A stretch of DNA of 64,000 nt from contig OX597839.1 of NCBI GenBank assembly GCA_951406725.2, forward strand, positions 21,080,001 to 21,144,000, in the 5' to 3' direction. The stretch is from Octopus vulgaris (lineage: Eukaryota). Positions within the stretch are counted from its first letter, which is position 1, and the number at the start of each line of letters is the position of its first letter. Positions 25,366 through 38,790 of this stretch are shown here, piece after piece. The position numbers and the translations under genes are program-made. The notes under the pieces are model-generated. The model saw nothing but the letters and a program-made list of their open reading frames with translations, was not told where the DNA came from and did not search any database.

Positions 25366-26716
25366 AAGACCAAAGTTATAGTAAGCAGAAAGGCGAACTC
25401 AGCACACACTCCATCGGGCAGGTGGCCTTGCTCGATCTGTAGGAAAGGTGTAGGTAGAAACTCCATAAGATGCACCCAGTGTAAGCTATGGATGCATAAG
25501 AGGTGCAGCAACATCAAAGGGAAATTAACTGATAAGATAGCTTTCATGTGCGGCAGATGCACAGGGACAATAGACACCACAAATACTCAGAAAATAGATT
25601 CCATCACACTCCAGGGGGAGAAACTAGAAGTAGTTGATAGTTTCCGCTACGTGGGTGACCAAGTTAGTAGTGGAGGTGGATGCTCAGAGAGTGTCACCAC
25701 TAGAATACGAATAGCCTGGGCAAAGTTTAGAAAGCTCCTACCCCTGCTGGCGACAAAGGGTCTCTCGCTCAGAGTGAAAGGTAGATTGTATGATGCATGT
25801 GTGCGAACTGCCATGCTTCACGGTAGTGAAACATGGGCCGTGACTGCAGAGGACATGCATAGACTTGAAAGAAATGAAGCTAGCATGATCCGCTGGATGT
25901 GTAATGTCAGTGTGAATGCACAACAGAGTGTAAGCACCCTGAGAGAAATGCTGGACATAAGAAGCATCAGATGTGGTGTGCAAGAGTGACGCTTGCGATG
26001 GTATGGTCATGTACTGTGGATGGATGAGGAGAGATGTGTGAAGAAGTGCCACTTCCAAACAGTTGAAGGAATCAGGGGGAGAGGTAGACCCAGGAAGACA
26101 TGGGATGACGTTGGGCCTCACTGAGGCAATGGCGAAGGACCGAGATCTCTGGAGATGTGCTGTGACTGCAAAGACCCGGGATGCTTCCGGCACCAGTTCC
26201 ACATAGCCCCTGCCCATTCAAAGTACCTTGTATCCCAGAACATCTCGCTGTGCTTGAGGAGACCTGTTGAGTCAAGTGCATGTACATGAACATCAAACAA
26301 ATATCAATGGAAATAGTAGTTGCGATACTTGTGCCGGTGGCACATAAAAAGCACCATCCGAACGTGGCCGTTGCCAGCGCCACCTCGACTGGCTTTTGTG
26401 CCGGTGGCACATAAAAAGCACCATCCGAACGTGGCCGATGCCAGCGCCGCCTCAACTGGCTTCCGTGCCGGTGGCACGTTAAAAGCACCAAACGATCGTG
26501 GCCGATACCAGACCCCCCTGGCACCTGTGCAGGTGGCACGTAAAAAGCACCCACTACACTCGCGGAGTGGTTGGCGTTAGGAAGGGCATCCAGCTGTAGA
26601 AACACTGCTAGATCAGACTGGAGCCTGGTGCAGCTCCTGGCTTCCCAGACCCCGGTCGAACCGTCCAACCCATGCTAGCGCAGAAAACGGACGTTAAACG
26701 ATGATGATGATGATGA
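25366..26716 (+). mobile_element. 5'-truncated RTE-clade LINE (RT C-terminal region plus 3' UTR and (GAT)n tail)
   Basis: KTKVIV...CSICRKGVGRNSIRCTQCKLWMHKRC...LEVVDSFRYVGD...KGRLYDACVRTAMLHGSETW; stop at ~25987 indicates decay. Confidence 0.85.
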
Positions 26717-27479
26717 TACATATATACGACGAGCTTCTTTCAGTTTCTGTCTACCAAATCCACTCACAAGGCTATAGTAGAAGACACTTGCCCAAGATGC
26801 CACGCAGTGAGACTGAACCCGGAACCATATGGTTCGTAAGCAAGCTACTTAGCACACAGCCACTCCTATGCCTACAAGATTAAACAAATATTCTTTTTTA
26901 CTCTAGGCACAAGGCCTGAAATTTTGGGGGAGGGGACCATTCAATTAGATCAACTGGTACTTAATTTATCAACCCCGAAAGGATGAAAGGCAAAGTCGAC
27001 CTCGGTGGAATTTGAACTCAGAACGTAAAGACAAACCAAATGCTGCTGATATTAAACAAATATTACTTGATGGGTAATGTGGAAATGCGCAAAAATAAAA
27101 GTGGGGCCCCTTGAGACCCCAGTGGCCTTTTATGTAATTCAAACCCTGTCAGCCAATGAAGGGTTAAGCATTATATTTGATAAATAGATCTGAATGCTAA
27201 AGGGTAAAAGGGTTGGGGAAAATTATATGCTTTGCAATATTAATTCCTGCTCTTTATGTTCTGGGTTCAAATCCCACCTAGGTCAACTTCACTTTTCCCT
27301 CCTTCTCAGGTTGAAACCAAAAATTTATGTTGCTTTTCTTTTCTTTGTTTTTTTTTTTTTTGGTCCAGTTCAGTACCAGTCATTTACTGGGGTTGTTAAG
27401 TAAATCAACAGCAGAAACTTTAGTGTTTGGTTTGCATGCTTCAATCAGGAGGAGGAGGAGGAGGAAAGAGGACAAGAAA

Positions 27480-27925
27480 GATGATGATGGTGGTGATGAT
27501 GGTATTGCTGTTGTTGTTGTTGGTGGTGGTGGTGGTGATTGAAGTAGTTTTGATGAGGAGGAAGAAGATGGTAGTAGTAACGATGATGATGACGATGGTG
27601 ATGATGATGGTGGTGGTGGTGGTGGTGGTTGAAGTAGTTTTGATGAGGAGGAAGAGGAAGAAGATGGTAGTAGTAACGATGATGATGATGATGGTGATGA
27701 TGATGGTGGTGGTGGTTGAAGTAGTTTTGATGAGGAGGAAGAGGAAGAAGATGGTGGTAGTAACGATGATAATGATGACAATGATGGTGATGATGATGGT
27801 GGTGGTGGTGGTTGAAGTAGTTTTGATGAGGAGGAAGTAGATGGTGGTAGTAACGATGATGATGATGATGATGATGATGGTGATGATTATGATGGTGGTG
27901 GTGGTGGTGGTGGTGATGGTGATGA
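27480..27925. repeat. ~90-bp composite GGT/GAT minisatellite, ~4 units
   Basis: TTGAAGTAGTTTTGATGAGGAGGAAG recurs at ~27540, 27630, 27717 and 27813. Confidence 0.85.
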
Positions 27926-28484
27926 GAACACATAAGGTTAGAAATTATGGTGGGGGTAGGGGTTGGGGGTGGAGGGTGGAGGATTTTAAGTTATGAATCC
28001 AATTCTGGTATTTTGGACTGATACTAATTTTTACGAACCCGCTGCAAGGATGAGGAAGGAGTTGGGGGGGGGAAGGCCTACAGCAGAAAATGAAGAGAAG
28101 AAAGTGATGACATTGATGACGAGAATGACATGAAGGAGGAAGAAGATGAGGAGGAGGAGGAGGAAGAAGAAGAAGAAGACAATAATGATGATCTTATCAT
28201 CCTCATCATCTATGCATATCCTCTTCCCTATTTTTGTTATTATCATCTTCACCATGATGAGGATGATCTTCACTGATGAGGATGATCATCATCACCACCA
28301 ACATCACTTCCATCATCACTACCACTGTCATCATCATCACCATCAGCAGCATCACTGACACCACCACCACCACTGCTACCACCTCTATCACTACAATCAT
28401 CGTCAACATCAATGTCATCATCATCATCATCACTACCACAACCACCACTAACACATCGTTGTCATCACCAATCCCATCGCCCCC

Positions 28485-29082
28485 TATTTCTTTATTGCCC
28501 ACAAGGGGCTAAAAACAGAGAGGACAAACAAGGACAGACAAACGGATCAAGTCAATTATATCAACCCCAGTGCGTAACTGGTACTTATTTAATCGACCCC
28601 CGAAAGGATGAAAGGCAAAGTCAACCTCAACGGAATTTGAACTCAGAACGTAGCGGCAGACGAAATACCTATTTTTTTACTACCCACAAGGGGCTAAACA
28701 CAGAGAGGACAAACAAGGACAGACAAATGGATTAAGTCAATTATATCGACCCCAGTGCATAACTGGTACTTATTTAATCGACCCCTGAAAGGATGAAAGG
28801 CAAAGTCGACCTCGGCGGAATTTGAACTCAGAACGTAGCGGCAGACGAAATACCTATTTCTTTATTACCCACAAGGGGCTAAACACAGAGAGGACAAACA
28901 AGGACAGACAAACGGATTAAGTCAATTATATCAACCCCAGTGCGTAACTGGTACTTATTTAATCGACCCCCGAAAGGATGAAAGGCAAAGTCGACCTCGG
29001 CGGAATTTGAACTCAGAATGTAACGGCAGACGAAATATCACTAAGCATTTCGCTCAGCGTGCTAACGATTCCGCCAGCTCGC
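28485..29082 (-). mobile_element. SINE family B tandem trimer (~185-bp period)
   Basis: Junctions GAAATACCTATTT at ~28662 and ~28847; tRNA-like head only on the right-most unit. Confidence 0.85.
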
Positions 29083-29309
29083 CCACCACCACCATCACCA
29101 CTACGACATCTATCATCATCATCCTCATCATCATAAATGTTCTCATTGTCATCACAGAAAGGAAGGAAGGAAGAAAGAAAAGAAAGAAGAAAGAAAGGAA
29201 AGAAAGAAAGTGGATAAAAATCAACAAATGGCAATGATTCTGCAATAAATAGATCCAACAAGTTCTTCATTTTAGATTTGTCTTCAATACTATTTCTATC
29301 CCCCCCTTT

Positions 29310-30194
29310 CTCCCCCACTCTCTCTCTCCCTCATCATATCTCTCTCCCTCACTCTCTTGCTCTCTCTTTTTTCTCTCCTTTCTCCCTCATCATCTCTCTT
29401 TCTCACTCTCTCTTTTTTCTCTCCTTTCTCCCTCATCATCTCTCTTTCTCACTCTCTCTTTTTTCTCTCCTTTCTCCCTCATCATATCTCTCTCCCTCAC
29501 TCTCTCGCTCTCTCTTTTTTCTCTCCTTTCTCCCTCATCATCTCTCTTTCTCACTCTCTCACTCTCTCCTTTCTCCCTCATCATCTCTCTTTCTCACTCT
29601 CTTGCTCTCTCTTTTTTCTCTCCTTTCTCCCTCATCATCTCTCTTTCTCACTCTCTCTTTTTTCTCTCCTTTCTCCCTCATCATATCTCTTTCTCACTCT
29701 CTCACTCTCTCTTTTTTCTCTCCTTTCTCCCTCATCATATCTCTTTCTCACTCTCTCACTCTCTCTTTTTTCTCTCCTTTCTCCCTCATCATATCTCTCT
29801 CCCTCACTCTCTTGCTCTCTCTTTTTTCTCTCCTTTCTCCCTCACTCTCTTGCTCTCTCTTTTTTCTCTCCTTTCTCCCTCATCATATCTCTTTCTCACT
29901 CTCTCACTCTCTCTTTTTTCTCTCCTTTCTCCCTCATCATATCTCTCTCTCACTCTCTCTTTTTTCTCTCCTTTCTCACTCTCTTGCTCTCTCTTTTCTC
30001 TCTCCTTTCTCCCTCATCATCTCTCTCTCTCTTGTCGCTCATCTCCTTCACATACATTAGCACTCTCTCTTTCTCTTCCTTTTTATATCTTTCTCTCACT
30101 AGGTCTCTCCCTCTCTCCCTCCTTCTCTCCCTTCCTCTTTGACCCTATTCTAACTTTTCCCCTCTCTTTCATCTCCTGTCTCCTTCACATATAT

Positions 30195-30226
<32 letters not shown>

Positions 30227-30995
30227 TCCCACACTCTCTTCCTCTCTCTCTCATCTCTCAGTATCTCTCATACAATTCTCTCTTATCTCTTCGTCTCTCC
30301 CTCTCTCTCTCTCTCTCTCTCATCATCATCATCATCACCAACATCACTTCCATCATCACTACCACTGTCATCATCATCACCATCAGCAGCATCACTGACA
30401 CTACCACCACTACTGCTACCACCTCTATCTTTCTTTCTTAATCACACTCTCTTCCTCTCTCTCTCATCTCTCAGTATCTCTCATACCATTCTCTCTTATC
30501 CCTTCGTCTCTCTCTCTCTCTCTCTCTCACTCTCATTCTCACACTATCTCTCTCCTATCTTCCTCACATATATTAGCTCTCTCCCCCCTCTCTCTCATTC
30601 TTTCGCTTTCCCCCCTTTCTTTCTCTCCCTCTCACACACACATACACACACACACACATACACGCACACACACATACATTTACACACACACATATGCGCA
30701 CACACATATATACACACACTGATACACTTACACACACACATACTCACACACACATATACACTTACACACACATATATACACACACACATATATATACACA
30801 CAGATACTCACACACACATATACACTTACACACACATACACACAGATACTCACACACATATACATGCGCACACACATATACACACACAGACACTCACACA
30901 CACAGATACTCACTCACACATATACACTTACACACACATACATGCGCACACACATATATACACACACAAGCACACTCTCTGACACACACACACAT
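29310..30995. repeat. CT-rich minisatellite (TTTTCTCTCCTTTCTCCCTCATCAT units) and CA-rich microsatellite
   Basis: Direct reading. Confidence 0.9.
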
Positions 30996-31263
30996 TCCAT
31001 CCAGCCATAACTCCAACCATTCACATGACAATGGGCTGACATTTCAAACAGAAACACAAATAGGAACTGGTCTATAGGTGGACATGGCGACGATGGTGGC
31101 GGTCGTGGGGATGGAGATGGTGGTGGTGGTGGTGGTGGGGTTGTGGGGGGTTGGGTGGGGGGTTGTTGCTATTTATTGTTTTATTTATCTCTTTATTAAC
31201 AAGAAAAAAATACCAACAAAAAATAAAAAAACAAAATAAACTCTCATATGCACTCAAGGACAA

Positions 31264-31320
<57 letters not shown>

Positions 31321-31668
31321 TTATATATATGTGTATATATATATGTGTGTGTATATACATGTGTGTGTATATATATATATGTATGAATAGACATATTTAT
31401 ATATATATATATATTTATATGTATATAGATATATATATGTACATGTATATATATAAATATATATGTACATATATATATATAACCCATACTAGCATGGAGA
31501 ACAGACGTTAAACGATGATGATGATATATATAAATATATATATACACTACATATATATATATATATATAGATATATATATATAAACACACACATATACAT
31601 GCTGTATATATGCCCAGGCATACACATATTTTCATACATAGATACATACATATATATGTGTGTGTATA

Positions 31669-31713
<45 letters not shown>

Positions 31714-31954
31714 GCATACATGCTCAGTGACATGCACATTGTATACACTGCATTTCCATAATGCGCACATGCGCAGATACACACACATGCCTGGCATTCA
31801 AGGATACGGCACTAATGAGACTTTGATTAATGTTATGCCCTTTGGTAAATTTAAGTCCCACTGCGCGGCACCTTTGGCAGGTGTCTTCTATTTTAGCCCT
31901 GGGCCAACCAAATCCTTGTTAGTGGATTTGGTAGATGGAAACTGAAAGAAGCTC

Positions 31955-32017
<63 letters not shown>

Positions 32018-32649
32018 ATGTATGTGTATGTGTGTGTATGTATGTGTGCTGGGCAATTGGTGTTGGTGTGTTTACATCCCCATAACTTAGCAATTTGACA
32101 AAACTGGCTGATAAAATTAGTACCAGGCTTTAAAGATAGTTTAAAGATAGTTCTGGGGTCAATTCATTCAAATAAAATTTCAAAGCAGTGCTCCAGCATG
32201 ACCACAGTCACATGACTGAAACAAGTAAAAGAATAAAAGAAACCATGTATTGAGTTCTACTTCTCCTGTTTGTCCAGATGAAGTCTGAGGTCAATTCATT
32301 CAACTAAAATTTCAAAGCAGTGCTCCAGCATGGCCGCAGTTACATGACTGAAACAAGTAAAAGAAAAAAGAAACCGTGTATTGAGTTCTATTTCTCCTGT
32401 TTGTCCTACCAAATGCTGCTTAGTGGTTAGGGTACTTGACTCTCAGTCATAAGGGCATGGGTTCAATTCTTGGTGACACACTGTGTCCTTGAGCAAGACA
32501 CTTTATTTTACACTGCTCCAGTCCACTCAGCAGGCAAAAATGTGTCACACCTGTAATTCAAAACGTCACACTGTGAGTCACGTTGAACACTAGCATGACA
32601 GGGCGGGGGTCCACCCCAGGCTCACTTTTCATCCGGTTGTAGGCTATTC

Positions 32650-33590
32650 TTTTCTAGTCAAGGCACAACGCCCGAAATTCTGGTGGTGGGGGAACAGTCA
32701 ATTATATCGACGTCAGTACGCAACTGGTACTTAATTTATCAACCCCCGAAAGAATGAAAGGCAAAGTCAACCCTTGGCGGAATTTCAACTCAGAACATAA
32801 CGGCAGATGAAATACCTATTTCTTTACTACTACACACAAGGAGCTAAACACAGAGAGGACAAACAAAGACAGACAAACGGATTAAGTCGATTATATCGAC
32901 CCCAGTGCGTAACTGGTACTTATTTAATCGACCCCGAAAGGATGAAAGGCAAAGTCGACCTCGGCAGAATTTGAACTCAGAACATAACGGCAGATGAAAT
33001 ACCTATTTCTTTACTACTACACACAAGGGGCTAAACACAGAGAGGACAAACAAGGACAGACAAACGGATTAAGTCGATTATATCGACCCCAGTGCGTAAC
33101 TGGTACTTATTTAATCGACCCCGAAAGGATGAAAGGCAAAGTCGACCTCGGCAGAATTTGAACTCAGAACATAACGGCAGATGAAATACCTATTTCTTTA
33201 CTACTACACACAAGGGGCTAAACACAGAGAGGACAAACAAGGACAGACAAACGGATTAAGTCGATTATATCGACCCCAGTGCGTAACTGGTACTTATTTA
33301 ATCGACCCCGAAAGGATGAAAGGCAAAGTCGACCTCGGCAGAATTTGAACTCAGAACATAACGGCAGATGAAATACCTATTTCTTTACTACTACCCACAA
33401 GGGGCTAAACACAGAGAGGACAAACAAGGACAGACAAACGGATTAAATCGATTACATCAACCCCAGTGTGTAACTGGTACTTATTTAATCGCCCCCGAAA
33501 GGATGAAAGGCAAAGTCGACCTCAGCGGAATTTGAACTCAGAACGTAACGGCAGATGAAATACTGCTAAGTATTTCACCCTTCGCACTAA
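32650..33590 (-). mobile_element. SINE family B tandem pentamer (187-bp period)
   Basis: GAAATACCTATTTC junctions at ~32810, 32997, 33184 and 33371. Confidence 0.9.
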
Positions 33591-35001
33591 GGCTATTGCT
33601 GTAAACAATGTGTTTTTTGTGGGGTCCGAGGGTGACAAACAGAAGGGTCACCCCAAACGGCACACACTCTAGTTCCGCTCGTGACTTTGAATCTCTCTGA
33701 GAACTATGTTAACGATTCGCATGTCTGTGGAGCACTCAGCCGCTTGCATGTTAATTTAACAAGTAGGCTGTTCCATTGATCACAGGCGTGGTCTAAGGAA
33801 CTTTTCGAAGAGAGGGCAAAAGGCCACAAGGGAATACAATTCCGGGAGAAAAGGGCACAAGATCATTATTTAGAAGGGTGCACTTCTTTTCTTGAGGGAG
33901 CACATGCCCCCTCAGGCCACCCACTCCCCTTGGGTCCACACGTGGCACGGATCAACTGGAATCTTCGTCATTGTAACAGACAAAGTGCCAATTATATATT
34001 TATATATATATATATATATATATATACTCCTTTACTTGTTTCAGTCATTTGAGTGTGGCTATGCTGGAGCATCGCCTTTAGTTGAGCAAATCGACCCCAG
34101 GACTTATTCTTTGTAAGCCTAGTACTTATTTTATCAGTCTCTTTTGCCGAACTGCTAAGTTACGAGGAAGTAAACACACCAGCATTGGTTGTCAAGCGAT
34201 GTTGGGGGACAAACACAGACACACACATATACTCTTTTTACTCTTTTACTTGTTTCAGTCATTTGACTGCGGCCATACTGGAGCACCGCCTTTAGTCGAG
34301 CAACTCGACCCCGGGACTTATTCTTTTGTAAGCCCAGTACTTATTCTATCGGTCTCTTTTGCCGAACCGCTAAGTGACAGGGACGTAAACACACCAGCAT
34401 TGGTTGTCAAGCAATGCTAGGGGAACAAACACAGACACACACATATATATATATATATACGACAGGCTTCTTTCAGTTTCCGTCTACCAAATCCACTCAC
34501 AAGGCATTGGTCGGCCCGGGGCTATAGCAGAAGACACTTGCCCAAGATGCCACGCAGTGGGACTGAACCCAGAACCATGTGGTTGGTTAGCAAGCTACTT
34601 ACCACACAGCCACTCCTGCGTATGATTATATTAAAATAACAGTTCGGCAAACTCAGCGGACAGACACCAGTCGCCATTTTCAATCGTTGATGAACAGAAA
34701 CTGTAAACAATGAGCCTGTTCAGCTGGGTCCCAGGGTCAGTTCTGACTACACTGCCTCGTTAGAGCGCTCTCTCGTATAGTGCTCAACCAACCTACGGCT
34801 TTTTGGACAAGTGTAGTTTATGGTAACTAACCAACCTATTACAGCAGATTAGCAGCTTGTATCGGTACATTCGGTGACTGACCAGTTCGTGTCAGTCAGA
34901 ACAATCACAATAAACATTATAGTTACCGGTTACTTTTAAACATTTACAGACGGGGTTTCTTGAAAAGACCCGAGCTGTCTGGGGATCTTTATTATGATCA
35001 G

Positions 35002-35124
35002 GACGATCTTATACAGAATGGGATAACACAAGACGATCTTATACAGAATGGGATAACACAAGACGATCTTATACAGAATGGGATAACACAAGACGATCTT
35101 ATACAGAATGGGATAACACAGGAC
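35002..35124. repeat. 30-bp tandem repeat x4
   Basis: GACGATCTTATACAGAATGGGATAACACAA. Confidence 0.95.
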
Positions 35125-35339
35125 AAACAAAAAACAAAAATGTTATACGAGTTCGTATGATATCATTTAAAAATTTACTAAAATATATTTTATACACGAT
35201 TAATTTAACCTTAGACTAGAACTTTTTTTTTTTAAACACATAAGAAAACGAATAAAAAGATTAAAAGATCCACTAGCATCACTTACCTGTCCTTCTTCCC
35301 TATACCGGAATGAAATACATATGATAATGATAATGAAAT

Positions 35340-35602
35340 TATTGTATACAGTGCTCAGGTGCACCACAACTTGTCAGAAAGTGCGTATAAAGCATATGCA
35401 GTAATGTACAAATGTCTGGAAAGCGAACAGTGTATGAGTCAGATACATACTTGCGTGTGTATGGAGGGGAGAAAATCAAGTGTAGTGTTGGCGAATCTCA
35501 GAAAGCATGGAAGTTTTGAAGGATGCAAGGTTCCGACAACTAACAACTGATGCTGGCAATTTGTTCCATACTTCAGCAACTTTTAGCGTGAAAAAATGTT
35601 TC
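35340..35602 (-). mobile_element. CR1-group LINE 3' fragment
   Basis: Related to 46252 and 58090 fragments (TTGTATACAGTGCTCAGGTGCAC end; HFFTLKVAEVWNKLPASVV). Confidence 0.65.
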
Positions 35603-35782
35603 GTATTCCTCTAGTTTAGATTTAAATATTGTTTCCATTTCAGTTATTCTCTCTTCTTCAATTTTACGCCTAACCAGTTTATAGTTTTTCTTTGGAAATT
35701 TTCCCCTAAGTTCTTTTACATGGTCTTCAGAAATTACTGCGGACAATTAACCCCGCCTTGTCCCAGCTGTCATACCATTCTA

Positions 35783-35924
35783 TAAGGTTGTCCCAAAAGT
35801 TCGTAGAAAGTCTTGGAAAATAATGGTCTTTATTTTGAGGAATAATTTTTGTTGTTTTTTGTTAGTACTTGGCGAGTAAAAATTCAATTTTCGCAAGTGT
35901 TTACGAACTTTTGGGACAACCTAA
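35783..35924. mobile_element. Short mariner-like MITE with TA target duplication
   Basis: TA-TAAGGTTGTCCCAAAAGTTCGTA ... TACGAACTTTTGGGACAACCTAA-TA (23-bp TIR, 1 mismatch). Confidence 0.8.
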
Positions 35925-36344
35925 TACTTTCCCCCAGTCTTTCATTATTTCTTGTACTTCTGCTGTGTTGATACGGTGTAACCGAGAAGATGGTAAGAGT
36001 TTGAAGTTTAAAAGAAGACTTATTAAGGAGTACACACAAGACAAACTGTGCAATGAGAAGATGCACTGCACACTCGCCGATTCTAGAGAAGCTTGAAGCA
36101 GACATGGTCTGTGAGCAGCGCCAAAATGGATACGTTGTTCCAAGACCAATAGTCTCGTGAAGCAAGACAAAATTTACAAATTAAAGAAAAAATACGAGCA
36201 GTGTACTTCATAACAACATTTCTTACTATATTGCAATACAATATTATACATACGGTAAGTAAATCTGTAAAGCATTTCAATAAATGGTGCTATTATGGAA
36301 AAACTTGACACCATTTTGGTTCCTGCAAAATAACCGACGTCTAA

Positions 36345-36354
36345 GTGACGTCAC
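36345..36354. promoter_or_regulatory. Perfect palindromic CRE (CREB/ATF) motif GTGACGTCAC
   Basis: Motif match only, in a locally CpG-rich unique stretch; function unproven. Confidence 0.3.
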
Positions 36355-36402
36355 GACGGTGGTGCTTACATCCGCCAGGTACGTTTGATGAGTATTATAT
36401 TA

Positions 36403-36804
36403 CTAGCAGTATCGCCCGGCGTTGCTCGGGTTTGTAAGGGAAATAACTATATAAGCATTTTTAGTGAGTTATAGCAAAAACTTAGCAAAAAAATGCATTA
36501 AAATTGGAATAAAAAATGATGGTAATTTTTTTTTTAAATCGTTGACTCATCGTAGACATTTTTAGAGAGTTACTTCCCTTATATAATAGCGAAAAATGCA
36601 TTAAAATGGAAAAAATGATGGTAATTTTTTTTTTTAAATCGTAGACTCTTCGTAGGGGCGCGCTAATACCCAGAAGGGCTCGATATGAATCACGACTATA
36701 AGATACCCGGTTTTGGTTACACTGCACCGCAAAATGTGGGAGTAGTTAGGAATCTAAATCGAAGGGGACAGACACTCACACAACTACAGTTTTATATATA
36801 AAGA
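36403..36804 (-). mobile_element. Non-autonomous Helitron-like element
   Basis: A|TC start at 36804; hairpin plus CTAG|T end at 36403. Confidence 0.8.
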
Positions 36805-37129
36805 TTTGTGCAACAACTAAAACATTCGGTTGTGCAAATTGTTTGCACAGGAAACCTGCCCTGTGTGGCGGTTTTTGCCGTTTTTGTGGATCTATTTCAG
36901 CTTTATTAGCCATTTCTGTTTTGGCGACTTCAAGCCATGAAGTCGTTGTTCTAAAAGAACGCTGGTCTCCTTGACAACGCTTTACGACGTTGATTTCCCT
37001 ACCCTGCCTTCCCCACAGATTCACGAGGGAGGGAAGAAGGGGAGGAGCTACACAGGTGCAGGTGCGAGCATGAACGCCAACGACGCCACAGACACACGAA
37101 AAAATTGGAAGAACCCAGACGACAGCTTC

Positions 37130-37250
37130 AGCCACCACCACCACCACTACCACCATGACCACCACCACCACCATCACGAAGACCACCACGACCACCACCA
37201 CGACCACCACCACCATCATCACCTCGACCACCACCACCACCATCATCACA

Positions 37251-37285
<35 letters not shown>

Positions 37286-38070
37286 CACCACCACCACCAC
37301 CACAAACACGATGAACCACCACCACCACAAACACGACGACCACCATCGCCACCACCATCACGAAGATCACCACGACCACCACCACGACCACCATCATCAC
37401 CACCCCCACCACCACCACCAACAATAACAACACCACCACCATCATCACCACCCCCACCACCACCAACAACAACAACACCACCACCACCACCACCACAAAC
37501 ACGACGACCACCATCGCCACCACCATCACGAAGACCACCACGACCACCACCACGACCACCATCATCACCACCACCACCACCACCAACAACAACAACACCA
37601 CCACCATCATCACCACCACCACCACCACCACCAACAACAACAACACCACCACCACCACCACCACAAACACGACGACCACCATCGCCACCACCACGACCAC
37701 GACCACCACCACCATCATCACCACCACCACCACCACCATCACCCCACCACCACCAACAACAACAACAACAACAACACCACCATCATCACCACCCCCACCA
37801 CCACCAACAACAACAACAACAACACCACCACCACCACCACAAACACGACGACCACCATCGCCACCACCATCACGAAGATCACCACGACGACCACCACCAC
37901 CATCATCACCACCACCACCACCACCATCATCACCCCACCACCACCACGACCACCACCACCACCATCACCACCACCACCACCACCACCACAAACACGACGA
38001 CCACCACGACCACGACCACCATCACCACTACCAGCACCACCGCTGCCACTACCACCGCCTCCACCACCAC
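37130..38070. repeat. (CAC/CAA)n compound microsatellite
   Basis: Direct reading; flanked by related Helitron-internal segments 36805-37110 and 38191-38460. Confidence 0.9.
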
Positions 38071-38190
38071 CATACTATGCCTCTGCTCCCTCCTTTTGGC
38101 TACTAAATCCATTACCATATTTCACAAGTACCATCGCCATACAATATTGCCTTCAAAAGTTTGTGTTTGGATAATATGTTTTAAGTAAAA

Positions 38191-38697
38191 GTTGTGCAAC
38201 AACTATAACATTCGGTTGTGCAAATTCTTTGCACAGGAAACCTTCCCTGTGTGGCGTGTTTCCTGATTTTGTAGAATTTGCTTTCGGGCTTTCTTAGCCA
38301 TTTCTGTTTTGGTGTCTTCAAGCCATGAAGTCGTTGTTCTAAAAGAACGCTAGTCTCCTTGACAACGCTTTACGACGTTGATTTCTTTACACTCCCTCCC
38401 CCACAGCTTCACGACGGAGGGAAGGGGGAGAAGCAAACAGGTGCAGGTGTGACCATGGACGCCAACTCCGCCGCCAATTTAAAAAATATGCGTTAAAATG
38501 GAAAAAAAATGATGTTAAATTATTTTTAAAATCGTAGACTCATCGTAGACGCGCGCTAATACTCAGACGAGCTCGATATGAATCACGACTATAAGATACC
38601 CGGTTTTGGTTAAACTGCACCGCAAAATGTGAGAGTAGTTAGGAATCGAAATCGAAGGGGACAGACACTCACACAACTACAGTTTTATATATATAGA
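38191..38697 (-). mobile_element. Helitron-like element 5' portion
   Basis: A|TC start at 38697; body matches 23654-24060; no 3' CTAG end seen. Confidence 0.7.
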
Positions 38698-38790
38698 TAT
38701 ATTAGGTAATTTACAATGTTTGGTCAGTTTTTGAAAAGAACTGGATAAATTTTAAATAATCAAGACTACTGAATTATTGCATATGAAGTC

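Noticed and set aside
25492-25989. Host gene of 165 aa
   Set aside because: Fragment of an RTE retrotransposon ORF with downstream stops
34936-35160. QDDLIQNGIT repeat peptide ORF
   Set aside because: A 30-bp tandem repeat with no supporting start or splice context
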